From: Alphaproteobacteria bacterium
GTDB lineage: Bacteria > Pseudomonadota > Alphaproteobacteria > GCA-2731375
DNA: 49,381 bases
NCBI GenBank assembly: GCA_047518225.1
Contig: JAKZRK010000046.1
Coordinates: 1-49,381 of the forward strand
Reading direction: 5' to 3'
This document shows positions 26,934 through 37,375 of the stretch, piece by piece. Under the pieces are notes generated by a model, which made no database searches, was not told where the DNA came from, and saw nothing but the letters and a program-made list of their open reading frames with translations. The position numbers were made by a program, and so were the translations under genes. The first letter of the stretch is position 1; each line of letters begins with the position of its first letter.

Positions 26934-28102
26934 ATGTTCGTCTTATTGTTGACGGTTTTTATCGATCTGGTCGGCTTTGGCATCATCCTGCCGATCCTGG
27001 CTTTCTATGCCCAGGCCTATGACGCCACCCCGGTGCAAATCGCGCTGTTGGTGGCGGTTCATTCCGCGGTGCAAATCATCTCGTCGCCGATCTGGGGCCG
27101 GCTCAGCGACCGCTATGGGCGTAAGGTTATCTTGTTGCTGACCCTGGCGGGAGGCGCCGTTGCCTATACTTGGTTTGGCTTTGCCTCCAGCCTGGCCACC
27201 CTGTTCGCGGCCCGTGCGCTGAGTGGCGCCATGGCCGGCAACATTGCCGTCGCCCAGGCTTATATGGCGGACATCACCAGCACCGATGACCGGGCCGGCG
27301 GCATGGGCCGGTTGGGCGCCGCCTTTGGCCTTGGCTTCGTCGTGGGACCAATGCTGGGCGGCCTGTTGATCGGGACCCAGCCAAGCGCGGGGGATTTTTC
27401 CCTGCCCTGCCTGGTCGCGGCCGCCATCTCCCTTGCCGCCACTTTGCTGGGCCTGGTCATGCTTCGCGAGCCGGTCCGGCGAAAGACCAAAGCGCCCGGC
27501 CCGGCCGAGCTTAAACAATTGTGGCCGGCGGTCAAAAGCAATGGCATTCCGGGCATCATCGGTCTGAACTTCCTGGTCGCCTTCGCCTTTACCGCCCTGA
27601 TGGCCCTGTTCCCCCTTTGGTGCCAGGCCCGGCTGGGCTGGGGCGCCCGCCAGGTCAGCTTTGGCTACGTCTATATCGGTGTCCTCGTGGCCTTCCTGCA
27701 GGGCGTCGTGTTGGGCCCCATCACCCGGCGGATCGGCGGGCCAAGGGTCCTGTTTATTGGCGCCACGGTCCTTAGTACGGGCTTGTTGCTGGTGCCCTGG
27801 GTCGACGATATCATGACATTTGCCGCCGTCACCTTCATGTTCAGCCTGGGGACATCCTTCTGCCATCCCAGCCTGACCGCGATGATCTCGCAACGGACGG
27901 ATGAAGACAATCAGGGCACGGTCATGGGCACCGCCAACAGCGTGGCGGCCCTGGCCCGGATCACCAGCCACCCCTGGCCGGCCTGCTGTTCACGCACCTG
28001 GGGCCGAACTGGCCCATGTTGATGGGTGGTTTTATCATGCTGCCCGTGGTCGCCTCGGCGGCCTGGATGTCATTAACATTTCAACGGCGGCATGAACCAT
28101 GA
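26934..28102 (+). pseudogene. TetA-like MFS transporter, frameshifted near 27968 (pseudogene or sequencing error)
   Basis: Contains FIDLVGFGIILP, GRLSDRYGRK and GLGFVVGP. The last two TMs (PPLAGLLFTHLGPNWPMLMGGFIMLPVVASAAW) continue in the -1 frame to TGA 28100-28102, which overlaps the next ATG. Confidence 0.8.
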
Positions 28103-29907
28103 AGTATTTCCCTGCGGCGCTGATATTTCTGTTGGCGGCCTGGGGAGGTGGCGGCGCAGTGGCGGCGCCCGCCATCGTGATGCATGGCACGCCGAAATAT
28201 GGCCCCGAAATAACCCATTTCCCCTATGCCAACCCCGACGCCCCCAAGGGCGGGCGTCAGGTATTGGGACGGGTCGGCGGTTTTGATTCCCTACAGCATT
28301 TTATTGTTCGCGGCGCCCGCGCCGATGGCCGGCGGCTGAGCCATCAAAGCCTGCTGGCCCGCGCCTATGACGAACCCTTCACCCTTTATGCCCTGATTGC
28401 CGAGGACGTCGCCACCCCGCCCGACCGCGCCTCGGTGACCTTTCGCCTGCGCCCCGGCGCCCGTTTTCATGACGGCAGTGAAATCACCGTCGATGCCGTG
28501 ATCTTTTCCCTGGAGATACTGCGCGCCAAAGGCCGGCCCAACCACCGCTTTTTCTACGGCCGGGTCGCCGCCATCGAACGGCCCGAACCCCGCAGCGTGA
28601 CCTTTCGTTTCAAGGACAGCCGCAACCGGGAGCTGCCATTGATCATGGGCCTGATGCCAATCCTCTCGCGGACCTCGTTCCAGGACCGGGAATTCGATCG
28701 GGTTTCCCTGGCCCCCGTGATGGGCAGCGGCCCTTATGTGGTGGACAAAGTCGATCCTGGCCGCGCCATCCAATACCGGCGGATCCCGAACCATTGGTCG
28801 GAAAACCTAGCCGCGCGAAAAGGACAGCACAATTTCGATATTGTCCGCTACGACTATTACCGCGATGACAGCACCGCGCTGGAGGCCTTCAAGGCGGGCA
28901 GGATCGATCTGCGGGCCGAAACCGATCCGAAACTCTGGGCCAAGGCCTATGACTTCCCGGCCAGAACCAAGGGCGCGGTCCGCCTGCTGGAATTCAGCCA
29001 TGGCCGGCCGGCGGGCATGTACGCCATTGCCCTGAATACCCGGCGCGCAATATTCCGCGAGGCAAAGGTTCGCGCCGCCCTGGCCTACGCCTTCGATTTT
29101 AAATGGCTGAACAAAACCCTTTATCACGGCGCCTATCGCCGTACCCGCAGCTATTTCGAGAATTCGGAACTGGCCGCCACGGGCCTGCCCTCAAGCACCG
29201 AACTGGCCTTGTTGGCACCCTACCGCGACAGTCTGCCCGGGGAAGTTTTCAGCCAGGCCTATGCCCCGCCCCAGGCCGACGGCAGCGGCCGGTTGCGCGG
29301 CAATCTACGCACGGCGCGCAAGCTGTTGGCCCAAGCCGGCTGGCGCATCAAAAATCTGCAACTGGTGCATGATCGGGGCGGCGGGCCGTTTCGCTTTGAA
29401 ATCATGTTGTTGCGCCGGGGTAACGAAAAACTGGCCCTGCACCTGGCCCGAAATTTGGCCAAACTGGGCATCGAGGTCGCGGTCCGCACGGTTGATACGG
29501 CGCAATACCAGCAGCGCACCAATACCTATGATTTCGACGCCATGATCTATTTGTGGGACCCCTCGCTCTCGCCCGGCAACGAGCAGGCTTTTTATTGGGG
29601 CACCGAGGCGGCCAAGCGGGACGGCAGCCGTAACTATCCCGGCATCCAGGTACCCGCCATCGATGCCCTGGTGCAAAAGATATCCGACGCCCCCGACCGC
29701 GCCAGCCTGGTCGCCGCCGTGCGCGCCATGGACCGGGTGCTGCAATGGGGCCACTACGTCATTCCCCTGTTCCATCTAAAGGCGGATCGGGTCGCCTTGT
29801 GGGACCGCTTTGGCCGCCCCGCCGTGACCCCCCTTTATGGCTATCGCCTGGAAACCTGGTGGGAGGACCCGGCCAAGGCAGCTACAATCGAACAAAATCG
29901 CAATTAA
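28099..29907 (+). CDS. Family 5 extracellular solute-binding protein (YejA-like)
   Basis: Signal peptide; HFPYANPDAPKGG, ARFHDG, GSGPY, SPGNEQ, GSRNYPG and DRVLQWGHYVIP motifs. Confidence 0.9.
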   Translation: MKYFPAALIFLLAAWGGGGAVAAPAIVMHGTPKYGPEITHFPYANPDAPKGGRQVLGRVGGFDSLQHFIVRGARADGRRLSHQSLLARAYDEPFTLYALIAEDVATPPDRASVTFRLRPGARFHDGSEITVDAVIFSLEILRAKGRPNHRFFYGRVAAIERPEPRSVTFRFKDSRNRELPLIMGLMPILSRTSFQDREFDRVSLAPVMGSGPYVVDKVDPGRAIQYRRIPNHWSENLAARKGQHNFDIVRYDYYRDDSTALEAFKAGRIDLRAETDPKLWAKAYDFPARTKGAVRLLEFSHGRPAGMYAIALNTRRAIFREAKVRAALAYAFDFKWLNKTLYHGAYRRTRSYFENSELAATGLPSSTELALLAPYRDSLPGEVFSQAYAPPQADGSGRLRGNLRTARKLLAQAGWRIKNLQLVHDRGGGPFRFEIMLLRRGNEKLALHLARNLAKLGIEVAVRTVDTAQYQQRTNTYDFDAMIYLWDPSLSPGNEQAFYWGTEAAKRDGSRNYPGIQVPAIDALVQKISDAPDRASLVAAVRAMDRVLQWGHYVIPLFHLKADRVALWDRFGRPAVTPLYGYRLETWWEDPAKAATIEQNRN

Positions 29908-29922
29908 ATCCGGGAGGCAAAC

Positions 29923-30801
29923 ATGCAGACGGGAACATTTCGAGGTTTCGATGTACGGTTGGATGCGCCGGGCATCGCCTGGATCACTTTCAATACGCCC
30001 GAGCGGTTGAACGGCATGACCTCCGCCATTAAGCGTGATCTGGTGGAAACACTGATCCAGGCGCAGATGGACAACGGCGTGCGCATAATTGTCTTCACGG
30101 GCACCGGGCGGGCCTTTTGCGCCGGCGACGATCTGAAAGCCTACAGCGAGGGCTTGCGGGCGGAACCGGGTTTGGTGCCGCCCCTGCCCCCTGGCCATGA
30201 CAATGCCATCGGCACTTACGACGGCCTGCGAATGATCAGCCAGGAATTGAACCGCACCATTCGGAGCATCGATAAACCGACCATCGCGCCATTGAATGGC
30301 GTCGCCATCCAGACCGGCTTTTCCCTGGCCCTGGCCTGCGATTTCCGCATTGCGGCGGAGGATGCGCGCCTGGGCAGCGCCACGCTCCGTTTCGCACTGT
30401 TGCCCGATGAAGGTGGGCAGCATCTTCTGGTGCAGCACATGGGCCTGGCCAAGACCCTGGACTTTCTGATGCGCAAACGCATCGTCTCGGCCACGGAGGC
30501 ATTGGATCTGGGTTTGGTGCATGAAGTCGTGCCGGGCGATCAACTGGCCCAGGCGGCGGGCGATCTGGCAAAGGAACTGGCCGATGGACCACAGGTTGCC
30601 ATGCGCATGTTAAAGCGTTCGATCTACAATGCCGCGGAACTGACGTTCGAGCAGGCCTGTGACGAGATCGCCGCCAAGACCGCCGTGGTCGATCATCACC
30701 CGGATGCCCGCGATGGTGTCGCCGCGTTCGTGGAAAAGCGCAAGCCGAACTTTAATAACTGGCTGGAAGAGGATCGAGCCGTGGACCCGGCGCCTCTTTA
30801 A
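29923..30801 (+). CDS. Enoyl-CoA hydratase/isomerase family protein
   Basis: FCAGDDL, KPTIAPLNG, LALACDFRIA and AFVEKRKP motifs. Confidence 0.92.
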   Translation: MQTGTFRGFDVRLDAPGIAWITFNTPERLNGMTSAIKRDLVETLIQAQMDNGVRIIVFTGTGRAFCAGDDLKAYSEGLRAEPGLVPPLPPGHDNAIGTYDGLRMISQELNRTIRSIDKPTIAPLNGVAIQTGFSLALACDFRIAAEDARLGSATLRFALLPDEGGQHLLVQHMGLAKTLDFLMRKRIVSATEALDLGLVHEVVPGDQLAQAAGDLAKELADGPQVAMRMLKRSIYNAAELTFEQACDEIAAKTAVVDHHPDARDGVAAFVEKRKPNFNNWLEEDRAVDPAPL

Positions 30802-31724
30802 CGGTAAAAATCCAGGCCCATCTCGCGGTAGCGTTCCGGGTCGTCCTGCCAATTCTCGCGCACCTTGACGAATAGGAACAGATGCACCGTGCAGCCGAAT
30901 ATCTCCGCCAGTTCCGCCCGTGCCTCGGCCCCGATCTGTTTAATCTGATGGCCGCCCTTGCCCAGCACGATAGCCTTTTGCGTGTCCCGGCGGACATAAA
31001 TTACCTGTTCGATGCGCAGGCCCCCGCCACGGGCCGGCTTCCACGCCTCCGTCTCCACCGTCGCGGCATAGGGAAGCTCCTGATGCAGGCGCAGGAACAA
31101 TTTTTCCCGGGTGATCTCCGCCGCCAGCAGACGCTCGGGAATATCGGCCAGTTGATCTTCGGGATAGTGCCAAGGGCCCGTGGGCAGTTGGCCCGCCAAC
31201 GCCGCCCGTAAATCCGCGACGCCATCTCCCTTCAAGGCTGAAAGCATAAAGACCTCGCTGAAAACGCCTTCCGCGTTCAAACTGTCGGCCATGGCCAGCA
31301 AGCTATCGCGGCGCACCAGGTCAATCTTGTTCAGGACCAGCACCGCCTTCATCCCGGCCTTCCTCAGGCCCTCGATAATGGTCCGGGTATTGCCGTCCAG
31401 GCCGCGCTCCACATCAACCAGAAGAACCCGCAGATCGGCGTCCTCGGCGCCGCTCCAGGCGGCCGCCACCATGGCCTTCTCCAGGCGCTTCCTTGTCTTG
31501 GCAAATATGCCGGGCGTATCCACGAAAACAATCTGGGCGTTGCCGTGGACGGCGATGGCGGTGATCCGGGCCCGGGTGGTCTGAACCTTGGGCGTGACAA
31601 TGGAAACCTTGCTGCCTACCAGGGCATTGGTCAGGGTGGATTTGCCGGCGTTGGGCGCGCCAAGCAATGCGACGAAACCACAGCGCGAGACAGGATCAAC
31701 GCCGTCATTGTCAATTCCGCTCAT
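30798..31724 (-). CDS. era: GTPase Era
   Basis: GAPNAGKST, KVQTTR, DTPG, NKID and KH-domain IVLGKGG. ATG at 31724. Confidence 0.97.
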   Translation of the reverse strand: MSGIDNDGVDPVSRCGFVALLGAPNAGKSTLTNALVGSKVSIVTPKVQTTRARITAIAVHGNAQIVFVDTPGIFAKTRKRLEKAMVAAAWSGAEDADLRVLLVDVERGLDGNTRTIIEGLRKAGMKAVLVLNKIDLVRRDSLLAMADSLNAEGVFSEVFMLSALKGDGVADLRAALAGQLPTGPWHYPEDQLADIPERLLAAEITREKLFLRLHQELPYAATVETEAWKPARGGGLRIEQVIYVRRDTQKAIVLGKGGHQIKQIGAEARAELAEIFGCTVHLFLFVKVRENWQDDPERYREMGLDFYR

Positions 31725-31737
31725 ACAATTCAGCCTT

Positions 31738-32436
31738 TCACCGCTTTGCGGACAAGCTGTCCAGGCCGGCCAACATGGCCTTTGCCGCCTCTTTCTCCGC
31801 CTCCTGACGCGAGCCGCCCCGGCCGGTGGCCGATTTGATCCCATCGGCGCGAACTTCAACCGTAAAGCATGGCGCATGGTCGGGGCCGTCCTGCGCCAGC
31901 ACCTGGTAACGGGGCGGTTTGCCGTCTTTGCCCTGAATTAATTCCTGTAACTGATTTTTGGGATCCTTGGCCGCGTTGCTGCTGCTGGCCATGAACCCGG
32001 CCCAATAACGCAGGACGAAAGCCTCCGCCACGGCCAGGCCGCCGTCCAGATACAGGGCACCGATGACCGCCTCGCAAACATCGGCCAAGATCGCGGGTTT
32101 ATCCCGCCCGCCTTGGCGCGCTTCGCTTTTACCCAGCAAAACGTATGACCCCAGGCCAAACAGACGGGCCGCATCCGCGACGGTGTCGCGGCGCACCAGG
32201 TTATTGAAGCGCACCGCCAGTCCCCCTTCGTCAGCACCGGGGTCATCGCGGTAGAGGGCGGTGGAGATCACCAGTCCCAAGACCCGGTCGCCCAAAAACT
32301 CCAGGCGTTGGTAGTCCCGGCCGCCCCGACGCCGCCGGTCCAGTGAAGGGTGGCTCAGGGCCTCCTCCAACAGCGCCGGTTGTGCGAATTCGTGCCCCAG
32401 CAGGGGATAGAGTTCAGAGAATGTTGGATCGCTCAC
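31738..32436 (-). CDS. rnc: Ribonuclease III
   Basis: QRLEFLGDRVLG signature, ADVCEAVIGALYLD and a C-terminal dsRBD. Confidence 0.97.
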   Translation of the reverse strand: MSDPTFSELYPLLGHEFAQPALLEEALSHPSLDRRRRGGRDYQRLEFLGDRVLGLVISTALYRDDPGADEGGLAVRFNNLVRRDTVADAARLFGLGSYVLLGKSEARQGGRDKPAILADVCEAVIGALYLDGGLAVAEAFVLRYWAGFMASSSNAAKDPKNQLQELIQGKDGKPPRYQVLAQDGPDHAPCFTVEVRADGIKSATGRGGSRQEAEKEAAKAMLAGLDSLSAKR

Positions 32437-32439
32437 GGC

Positions 32440-33249
32440 TTAACCAAAGCCGTCGAAAAAACGGCTGAAGCGGATGGCCATGGGCCATTTCCAAATTTCC
32501 CAAAGCCGCGCACTGTCGTTCACCGAGAAAAAGATCATATCGGCCCGCCCGACCAGGTTTTCCGCTGGAATAAAGCCCACATGATCAAGGAACCGGCTAT
32601 CGGTGGAATCGTCCCGGTTGTCGCCCATGGCAAAATAATGCGCCGCCGGCACCACATAAATTCTGGTGTTGTCCGCCACGCCGCGGGGCTGCAAATCGAG
32701 GGTCAGATAGCTTCGGCCGTTGGGCAGGGTTTCACGGTATTGCCGCACGCTGCCATATGGGGCCTTGCGATGGCTCTGCACGAAGTCTTCGACCCGTTCC
32801 CGCTTCACCGCTTTACCGTTGATATGCAAAATACCGTCGAGAACCTGAATTTGGTCGCCCGGCAAGCCGATGATACGCTTGATATAATCAGTGGAATTAT
32901 CGGTCGGCAACTTGAACACCGCGATATCGCCACGCACCACCGGCGACTCATTGATCCGGCCGCTAAATAGCGGCGGGCTCAACGGAATGGAATGGCGGCT
33001 GTATCCATAGGGGAATTTCGACACGAAAACATAATCGCCGATCAACAGGGTCGGCAGCATGGAACCCGAGGGGATGTTGAACGGCTCATACGCCACGGTA
33101 CGGATAACCAGGGCAATCAGCACGGCATAAACCACCGTCTTGACAGTTTCGCGCCAGCCATCGTGGCGTCCGGCTTTGGCTTTGGCGTCGGATACTTGTT
33201 CTGAATTCATCTTTACCATGTCTGTTCGGGCACGCTTCATTCCGTTCAA
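32440..33249 (-). CDS. lepB: Signal peptidase I (start uncertain)
   Basis: [22 protein letters not shown] and [12 protein letters not shown] motifs. Confidence 0.96.
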   Translation of the reverse strand: MNGMKRARTDMVKMNSEQVSDAKAKAGRHDGWRETVKTVVYAVLIALVIRTVAYEPFNIPSGSMLPTLLIGDYVFVSKFPYGYSRHSIPLSPPLFSGRINESPVVRGDIAVFKLPTDNSTDYIKRIIGLPGDQIQVLDGILHINGKAVKRERVEDFVQSHRKAPYGSVRQYRETLPNGRSYLTLDLQPRGVADNTRIYVVPAAHYFAMGDNRDDSTDSRFLDHVGFIPAENLVGRADMIFFSVNDSARLWEIWKWPMAIRFSRFFDGFG

Positions 33250-33671
33250 CGGTTGTCGCCGCCGCCTCTCGGCGTCACGGGGACGGCCGTGATGATGACA
33301 AATGCTTGGCCCAGGGGTGGTTCATCGGTCAGGGTCAGGTCGATTTGCGCCTTCATGCCCGGTGGCGTCAGTTCTTGCAAGCGTTTCAAGGCGCCACCGG
33401 TTAATTCCATGCTGGGCTTGCCATCAGGCAGATTAACAACGCCCAGGTCGCGCCAAAATACGCCGCGGCGAAATCCGGTGCCCAGGGCCTTGGAACATGC
33501 CTCCTTGGCGGCAAAACGCTTGGCATAGGTTTCCACCCGGTTGCGGCGGCGCTCTGCCTTTTGCCGCTCCAACGGCGTGAAAATACGTTCGATAAAACGG
33601 TCGCCGAAGCGCTCCAGGGTCCGTTCGATCCGGCGAATATCAATCAGATCGTTGCCTATGCCAATGATCAT
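33246..33671 (-). CDS. acpS: Holo-ACP synthase
   Basis: MIIGIGNDL and [17 protein letters not shown] motifs. Confidence 0.96.
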   Translation of the reverse strand: MIIGIGNDLIDIRRIERTLERFGDRFIERIFTPLERQKAERRRNRVETYAKRFAAKEACSKALGTGFRRGVFWRDLGVVNLPDGKPSMELTGGALKRLQELTPPGMKAQIDLTLTDEPPLGQAFVIITAVPVTPRGGGDNR

Positions 33672-33712
33672 GCCGGATCCCTAGGCAATTATTGAAATTG
33701 TCCGGAATCCCC

Positions 33713-34468
33713 TCATGCCGAGCGACTGCCCGAGGCCTCGGCACGGGCCTTGTCCATCAGGGAGCGCATGCGTTTGATCGCGGAATCCAGACCGCCGAAG
33801 ATCGCCTCGCCAACCAGGAAATGACCGATGTTTAACTCCCTGAGATTGGCGATCGCGGCGACCGGGCCGACATTGTCATAGCTCAATCCATGACCGGCGT
33901 GACATTCCAGGCCCAAATCCTCGGCCAAGGCGGCGGCAGCGCCCAGGCGCTCCAACTCTACCTTCCAGGTTTCGGGTCCAGCTTCGGCATAGCAGCCCGT
34001 GTGCAATTCCACCACCGGGGCGCCCAGACGCAAGGCGGCCTGTAATTGCACCGGTTCGGGATCGATGAACAGCGAAACACGGATGCCGGCCTGCATCAAT
34101 TCATCCACGTAACGGCGCAAATGGTTGGCGCCGCCATGGGCATCCAGACCGCCCTCGGTAGTTATTTCCTGGCGCTTTTCAGGCACGATACAGGCCGCAT
34201 GGGGACGATGGCGCACGGCGATCGCCAGCATCTCTTCCGTCGCCGCCATTTCAAGATTAAGCGGCAGATCGATCTGATCGCTCAGGCGTTCTATATCCTC
34301 GTCCGAGATATGGCGGCGGTCTTCGCGCAAATGCGCCGTGATACCGTCCGCCCCGGCCTCGGCCGCCATGCGGGCCGCGCGGATTGGATCGGGATGGGCG
34401 ATTCCACGGGCGTTCCGGATCGTCGCAACGTGATCAATATTGACGCCGAGGCGCAATGTCTTGCTCAT
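33713..34468 (-). CDS. pdxJ: Pyridoxine 5'-phosphate synthase
   Basis: LGVNIDHVATIRNAR, HLREDRRHI, TTEGGLD, HAGHGL and NIGHFL motifs. ATG 34468 with GGAG SD. Confidence 0.97.
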   Translation of the reverse strand: MSKTLRLGVNIDHVATIRNARGIAHPDPIRAARMAAEAGADGITAHLREDRRHISDEDIERLSDQIDLPLNLEMAATEEMLAIAVRHRPHAACIVPEKRQEITTEGGLDAHGGANHLRRYVDELMQAGIRVSLFIDPEPVQLQAALRLGAPVVELHTGCYAEAGPETWKVELERLGAAAALAEDLGLECHAGHGLSYDNVGPVAAIANLRELNIGHFLVGEAIFGGLDSAIKRMRSLMDKARAEASGSRSA

Positions 34469-34480
34469 ATCAGACTCCCT

Positions 34481-34522
34481 TACTCGTCTACCTAGTGCGT
34501 ATACTCGTCTACCTAATGCGTA
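34481..34522. repeat. 21-bp tandem duplication in the pyrE-pdxJ spacer
   Basis: tactcgtctacctagtgcgta followed by tactcgtctacctaatgcgta (20/21 identical). Confidence 0.85.
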
Positions 34523-34541
34523 TCTAAAACCTTCCCGGCTT

Positions 34542-35129
34542 CTAACGCAAACCGCGGCTTCCCGGTTTAATGGCTGGAATCGCCGCCAAATCCGGCGGCA
34601 GGCGATCCGGGTCGTAGGCCGGCACTTCCAAGCCAACCAGGGCAAACAACGGCGCGCCCACATCCGCCTTTCCGTCCGATCGGTCGACCAGGCAGGAGGC
34701 GGCGACAACCTCACCGCCCAATTGCCGGATACAGGCGATGCATTCCCGCGACGACAGGCCCGTGGTCACGATATCCTCGGCCATCAGGACACGGGCGCCG
34801 GCGGCGATTTCAAAGCCCCGCCGCAAGGCGAATTCGCCGTCGATCCGCTCCGTGAAAATGGCCGGACAACCCAAATGGCGGCCCATCTCGTAACCGGCCA
34901 CAACCCCACCCATGGCGGGCGAGACCACCAGATCAATGGCGCCCCGGCCCAGCGCCTTGACGATCCGGCCCGCAAGTTCGGCGCATAATGCCGCGGCCCT
35001 GTCCGGGTGCATCAAGACTTTAGCGCATTGCAGATAGGTCGGGCTGCGCAACCCGGAAGTCAGAATGAAGTGACCTTCCAGCAAAGCCCCGGCGTCCCGA
35101 AAATGTTGTAACACGTCCTGATCGTTCAT
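34542..35129 (-). CDS. pyrE: Orotate phosphoribosyltransferase
   Basis: EGHFILTSGLRS, SPAMGG and the PRPP-binding EDIVTTG motif. Confidence 0.95.
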   Translation of the reverse strand: MNDQDVLQHFRDAGALLEGHFILTSGLRSPTYLQCAKVLMHPDRAAALCAELAGRIVKALGRGAIDLVVSPAMGGVVAGYEMGRHLGCPAIFTERIDGEFALRRGFEIAAGARVLMAEDIVTTGLSSRECIACIRQLGGEVVAASCLVDRSDGKADVGAPLFALVGLEVPAYDPDRLPPDLAAIPAIKPGSRGLR

Positions 35130-37303
35130 CCGCGTAGCCGCTCCGCTGAACTAATGTCCGGTGTGGCCCGAAGGGCCGCGATGATGTTGGTGAGATGTTT
35201 CAAGTCCGCAACTTCGACATCCACCTGTAATTCAAAAAAATCGGCGCTGCGGTCCGTGACCTTGAGGTTCGATATATTGCCCATATTCTTGGCGATGACG
35301 CTGGACAGGCTGGACAGGCTGCCCGGTTGGTTAGAGACAACGGTGTCAATCCGCCCGACATAAATGCCCGGATCATTCGGATCCAGATCCCAACGCACAT
35401 CAATCCAATTGTCCCGGTCGTCGGACAGATCTGCCAACTGCGCGCAATCGATGGTGTGAATATCAATGCCTCTGCCCGGCATTACAATGCCGACGATGCG
35501 GTCGCCAGGTAACGGATGGCAACATTCGCCGTAATGGACCGCCAGGCCAGGGGTCAGCCCCTGTATGGGAATGGCGTTTTCAGTGTTGTCGCCAAGATTT
35601 CCATCGCCGCCGCCCCGGCGCAATCGCGCGGGGATCATGCGGTTGATGGCGCCAAACGCGCTGCGGGCGCGCCAGCGGCGTTCGCCGGGAAAAATCTTGG
35701 CCAGCAAATTTCGCGAGGTCAAATTACCCTGACCCAGTTCGACATAGATCTCATCCGCAGTCGCGACATCGAATAGCGGCAAAACGTTTTCCATGACGCG
35801 GTCGGAAAATTCGTGACTGGATTCACGAAAGGCCTTCTCGGCGATGGCACGGCCCAACTTGCGGTATTCTTCGCGCTGTTCGGCCCGGACAAATCGCCGA
35901 ATGGCGGCCCGCGCCTTGCCGGTCAGGACAAAACTTTCCCAGGCCGGGTCGGGCGCCGCTTTTTTCGAGCGTAGAATTTCTACCTGATCACCATTTTGCA
36001 ATTGGGTGCGCAACGGCACCACCCGGCCATTCACTTTGCTGCCAACACATGAATGGCCAATATCGGTATGCAGTGCGTAGGCGAAATCAACACTGGTGGC
36101 GCCACGCGGCAAGGCGATCACGCCACCCCGCGGGGTAAAGCAAAACACCTGGTCGGAATACATTTCCAACTTGGTGTGTTCCAGGAACTCTTCCGAGCTT
36201 TGGGCATGCTCCAGAATTTCAAGCAGGCCTTGCAGCCAGCGGTACTGGACACCGTCACCTGGCCCGACATCCTGTTTATATTGCCAATGGGCCGCGACAC
36301 CCAGTTCCGCCACCCGATGCATCATCGAGGTCCTGATCTGAACTTCGATGCGGCGGTTTTCCGGCCCGATTACCGTCGTATGCAGGGATTGATAATTGTT
36401 TGATTTCGGGGTCGAGATATAGTCCTTGAAGCGCCCCGGCACCATTTTATAGCGGCCATGCACCGCGCCCAGGACCTGATAGCAATCGGCCACCGTGTCG
36501 ACGATCAGGCGGATGGCCAGGGTGTCTGACAGTTGTTCGAAGGTGACGCGGTCGCGCTGCATCTTGTGCCAAATGGAATAAGGCGTCTTGATCCGGCTGG
36601 TCACCTCCACCGGGATACCGGCCATCTTGCAAGTGTCCTCCAACTCGGCATTGATACGCCCTTGCAGATCTTCGCCGCCGTCCTGCAAAAATTCCAGGCG
36701 CCGCAGCACCGATTCCCTGGCGTCGGGGTTCTGTTCAGCGAAGGCCAGGTCTTCCAGCTCCTGTTTCAACCGCTGCATGCCCAGACGTTCGGCCAGGGGC
36801 GCATAAATCTCCATGGTTTCAGTGGCGATCCGTTCGCGTTTCTCTTTTGAACTTAAGAAATTCAGGGTCCGCATGTTGTGCAGACGATCCGCCAGCTTGA
36901 CCAATAGAACCCGGATATCGTCCGACATGGCCAGCACCAGCTTGCGGAAATTTTCCGCTTGCTGGTTGGCTTCAGGCTGCAATTCCAGCTTGGCCAATTT
37001 TGTCACGCCATCGACCAGACGGCTGATATCCTCGCCGAACAATTCCTTGATTTGTTCGATGGTGGCGAGCGTGTCCTCCACCGTGTCGTGCAACAGGGCG
37101 GTGACGATGGTGGCGCAATCCAGCTTGTAATCCGCCAAGATGCCGGCAACTTCCACCGGATGGGAGAAATAGGGATCGCCCGAGGCCCGCATCTGGCTGC
37201 CGTGCGCCTTCATGGAAAAGACGTAGGCGCGGTTCAACAAATCCTCGTTAACATGGCTGTCGTAGTCGGCAACCAGTTCAACCAGTTCAAATTGCCGGAT
37301 CAT
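35126..37303 (-). CDS. spoT: Bifunctional (p)ppGpp synthetase/hydrolase (Rel/SpoT)
   Basis: HD motif LLHDTVED, KLADRLHNMRT, YQSLHT, EVQIRT, TGS domain, CCHPLPGD and ACT domain. Confidence 0.97.
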   Translation of the reverse strand: MIRQFELVELVADYDSHVNEDLLNRAYVFSMKAHGSQMRASGDPYFSHPVEVAGILADYKLDCATIVTALLHDTVEDTLATIEQIKELFGEDISRLVDGVTKLAKLELQPEANQQAENFRKLVLAMSDDIRVLLVKLADRLHNMRTLNFLSSKEKRERIATETMEIYAPLAERLGMQRLKQELEDLAFAEQNPDARESVLRRLEFLQDGGEDLQGRINAELEDTCKMAGIPVEVTSRIKTPYSIWHKMQRDRVTFEQLSDTLAIRLIVDTVADCYQVLGAVHGRYKMVPGRFKDYISTPKSNNYQSLHTTVIGPENRRIEVQIRTSMMHRVAELGVAAHWQYKQDVGPGDGVQYRWLQGLLEILEHAQSSEEFLEHTKLEMYSDQVFCFTPRGGVIALPRGATSVDFAYALHTDIGHSCVGSKVNGRVVPLRTQLQNGDQVEILRSKKAAPDPAWESFVLTGKARAAIRRFVRAEQREEYRKLGRAIAEKAFRESSHEFSDRVMENVLPLFDVATADEIYVELGQGNLTSRNLLAKIFPGERRWRARSAFGAINRMIPARLRRGGGDGNLGDNTENAIPIQGLTPGLAVHYGECCHPLPGDRIVGIVMPGRGIDIHTIDCAQLADLSDDRDNWIDVRWDLDPNDPGIYVGRIDTVVSNQPGSLSSLSSVIAKNMGNISNLKVTDRSADFFELQVDVEVADLKHLTNIIAALRATPDISSAERLRG

Positions 37304-37375
37304 GATAGAGCAGCTCCGGGCAGCGCCGGCCGAGCGCCCAACCGCTTAGCGGCGTTCTGCGGGGCAATTATACCT

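Noticed and set aside
22489-30801. Genomic island integrated at tRNA-Cys
   Set aside because: I found no integrase, no duplicated tRNA 3' end and no obvious compositional shift. The genes are ordinary metabolic and transport genes.
30798-30801. Stop-codon overlap of era and the enoyl-CoA hydratase, and no recO after era
   Set aside because: Convergent TTAA overlaps and relocation of recO are commonplace.
34481-34522. Possible mini-CRISPR array
   Set aside because: Two adjacent copies with no spacer, and no cas genes in the window.
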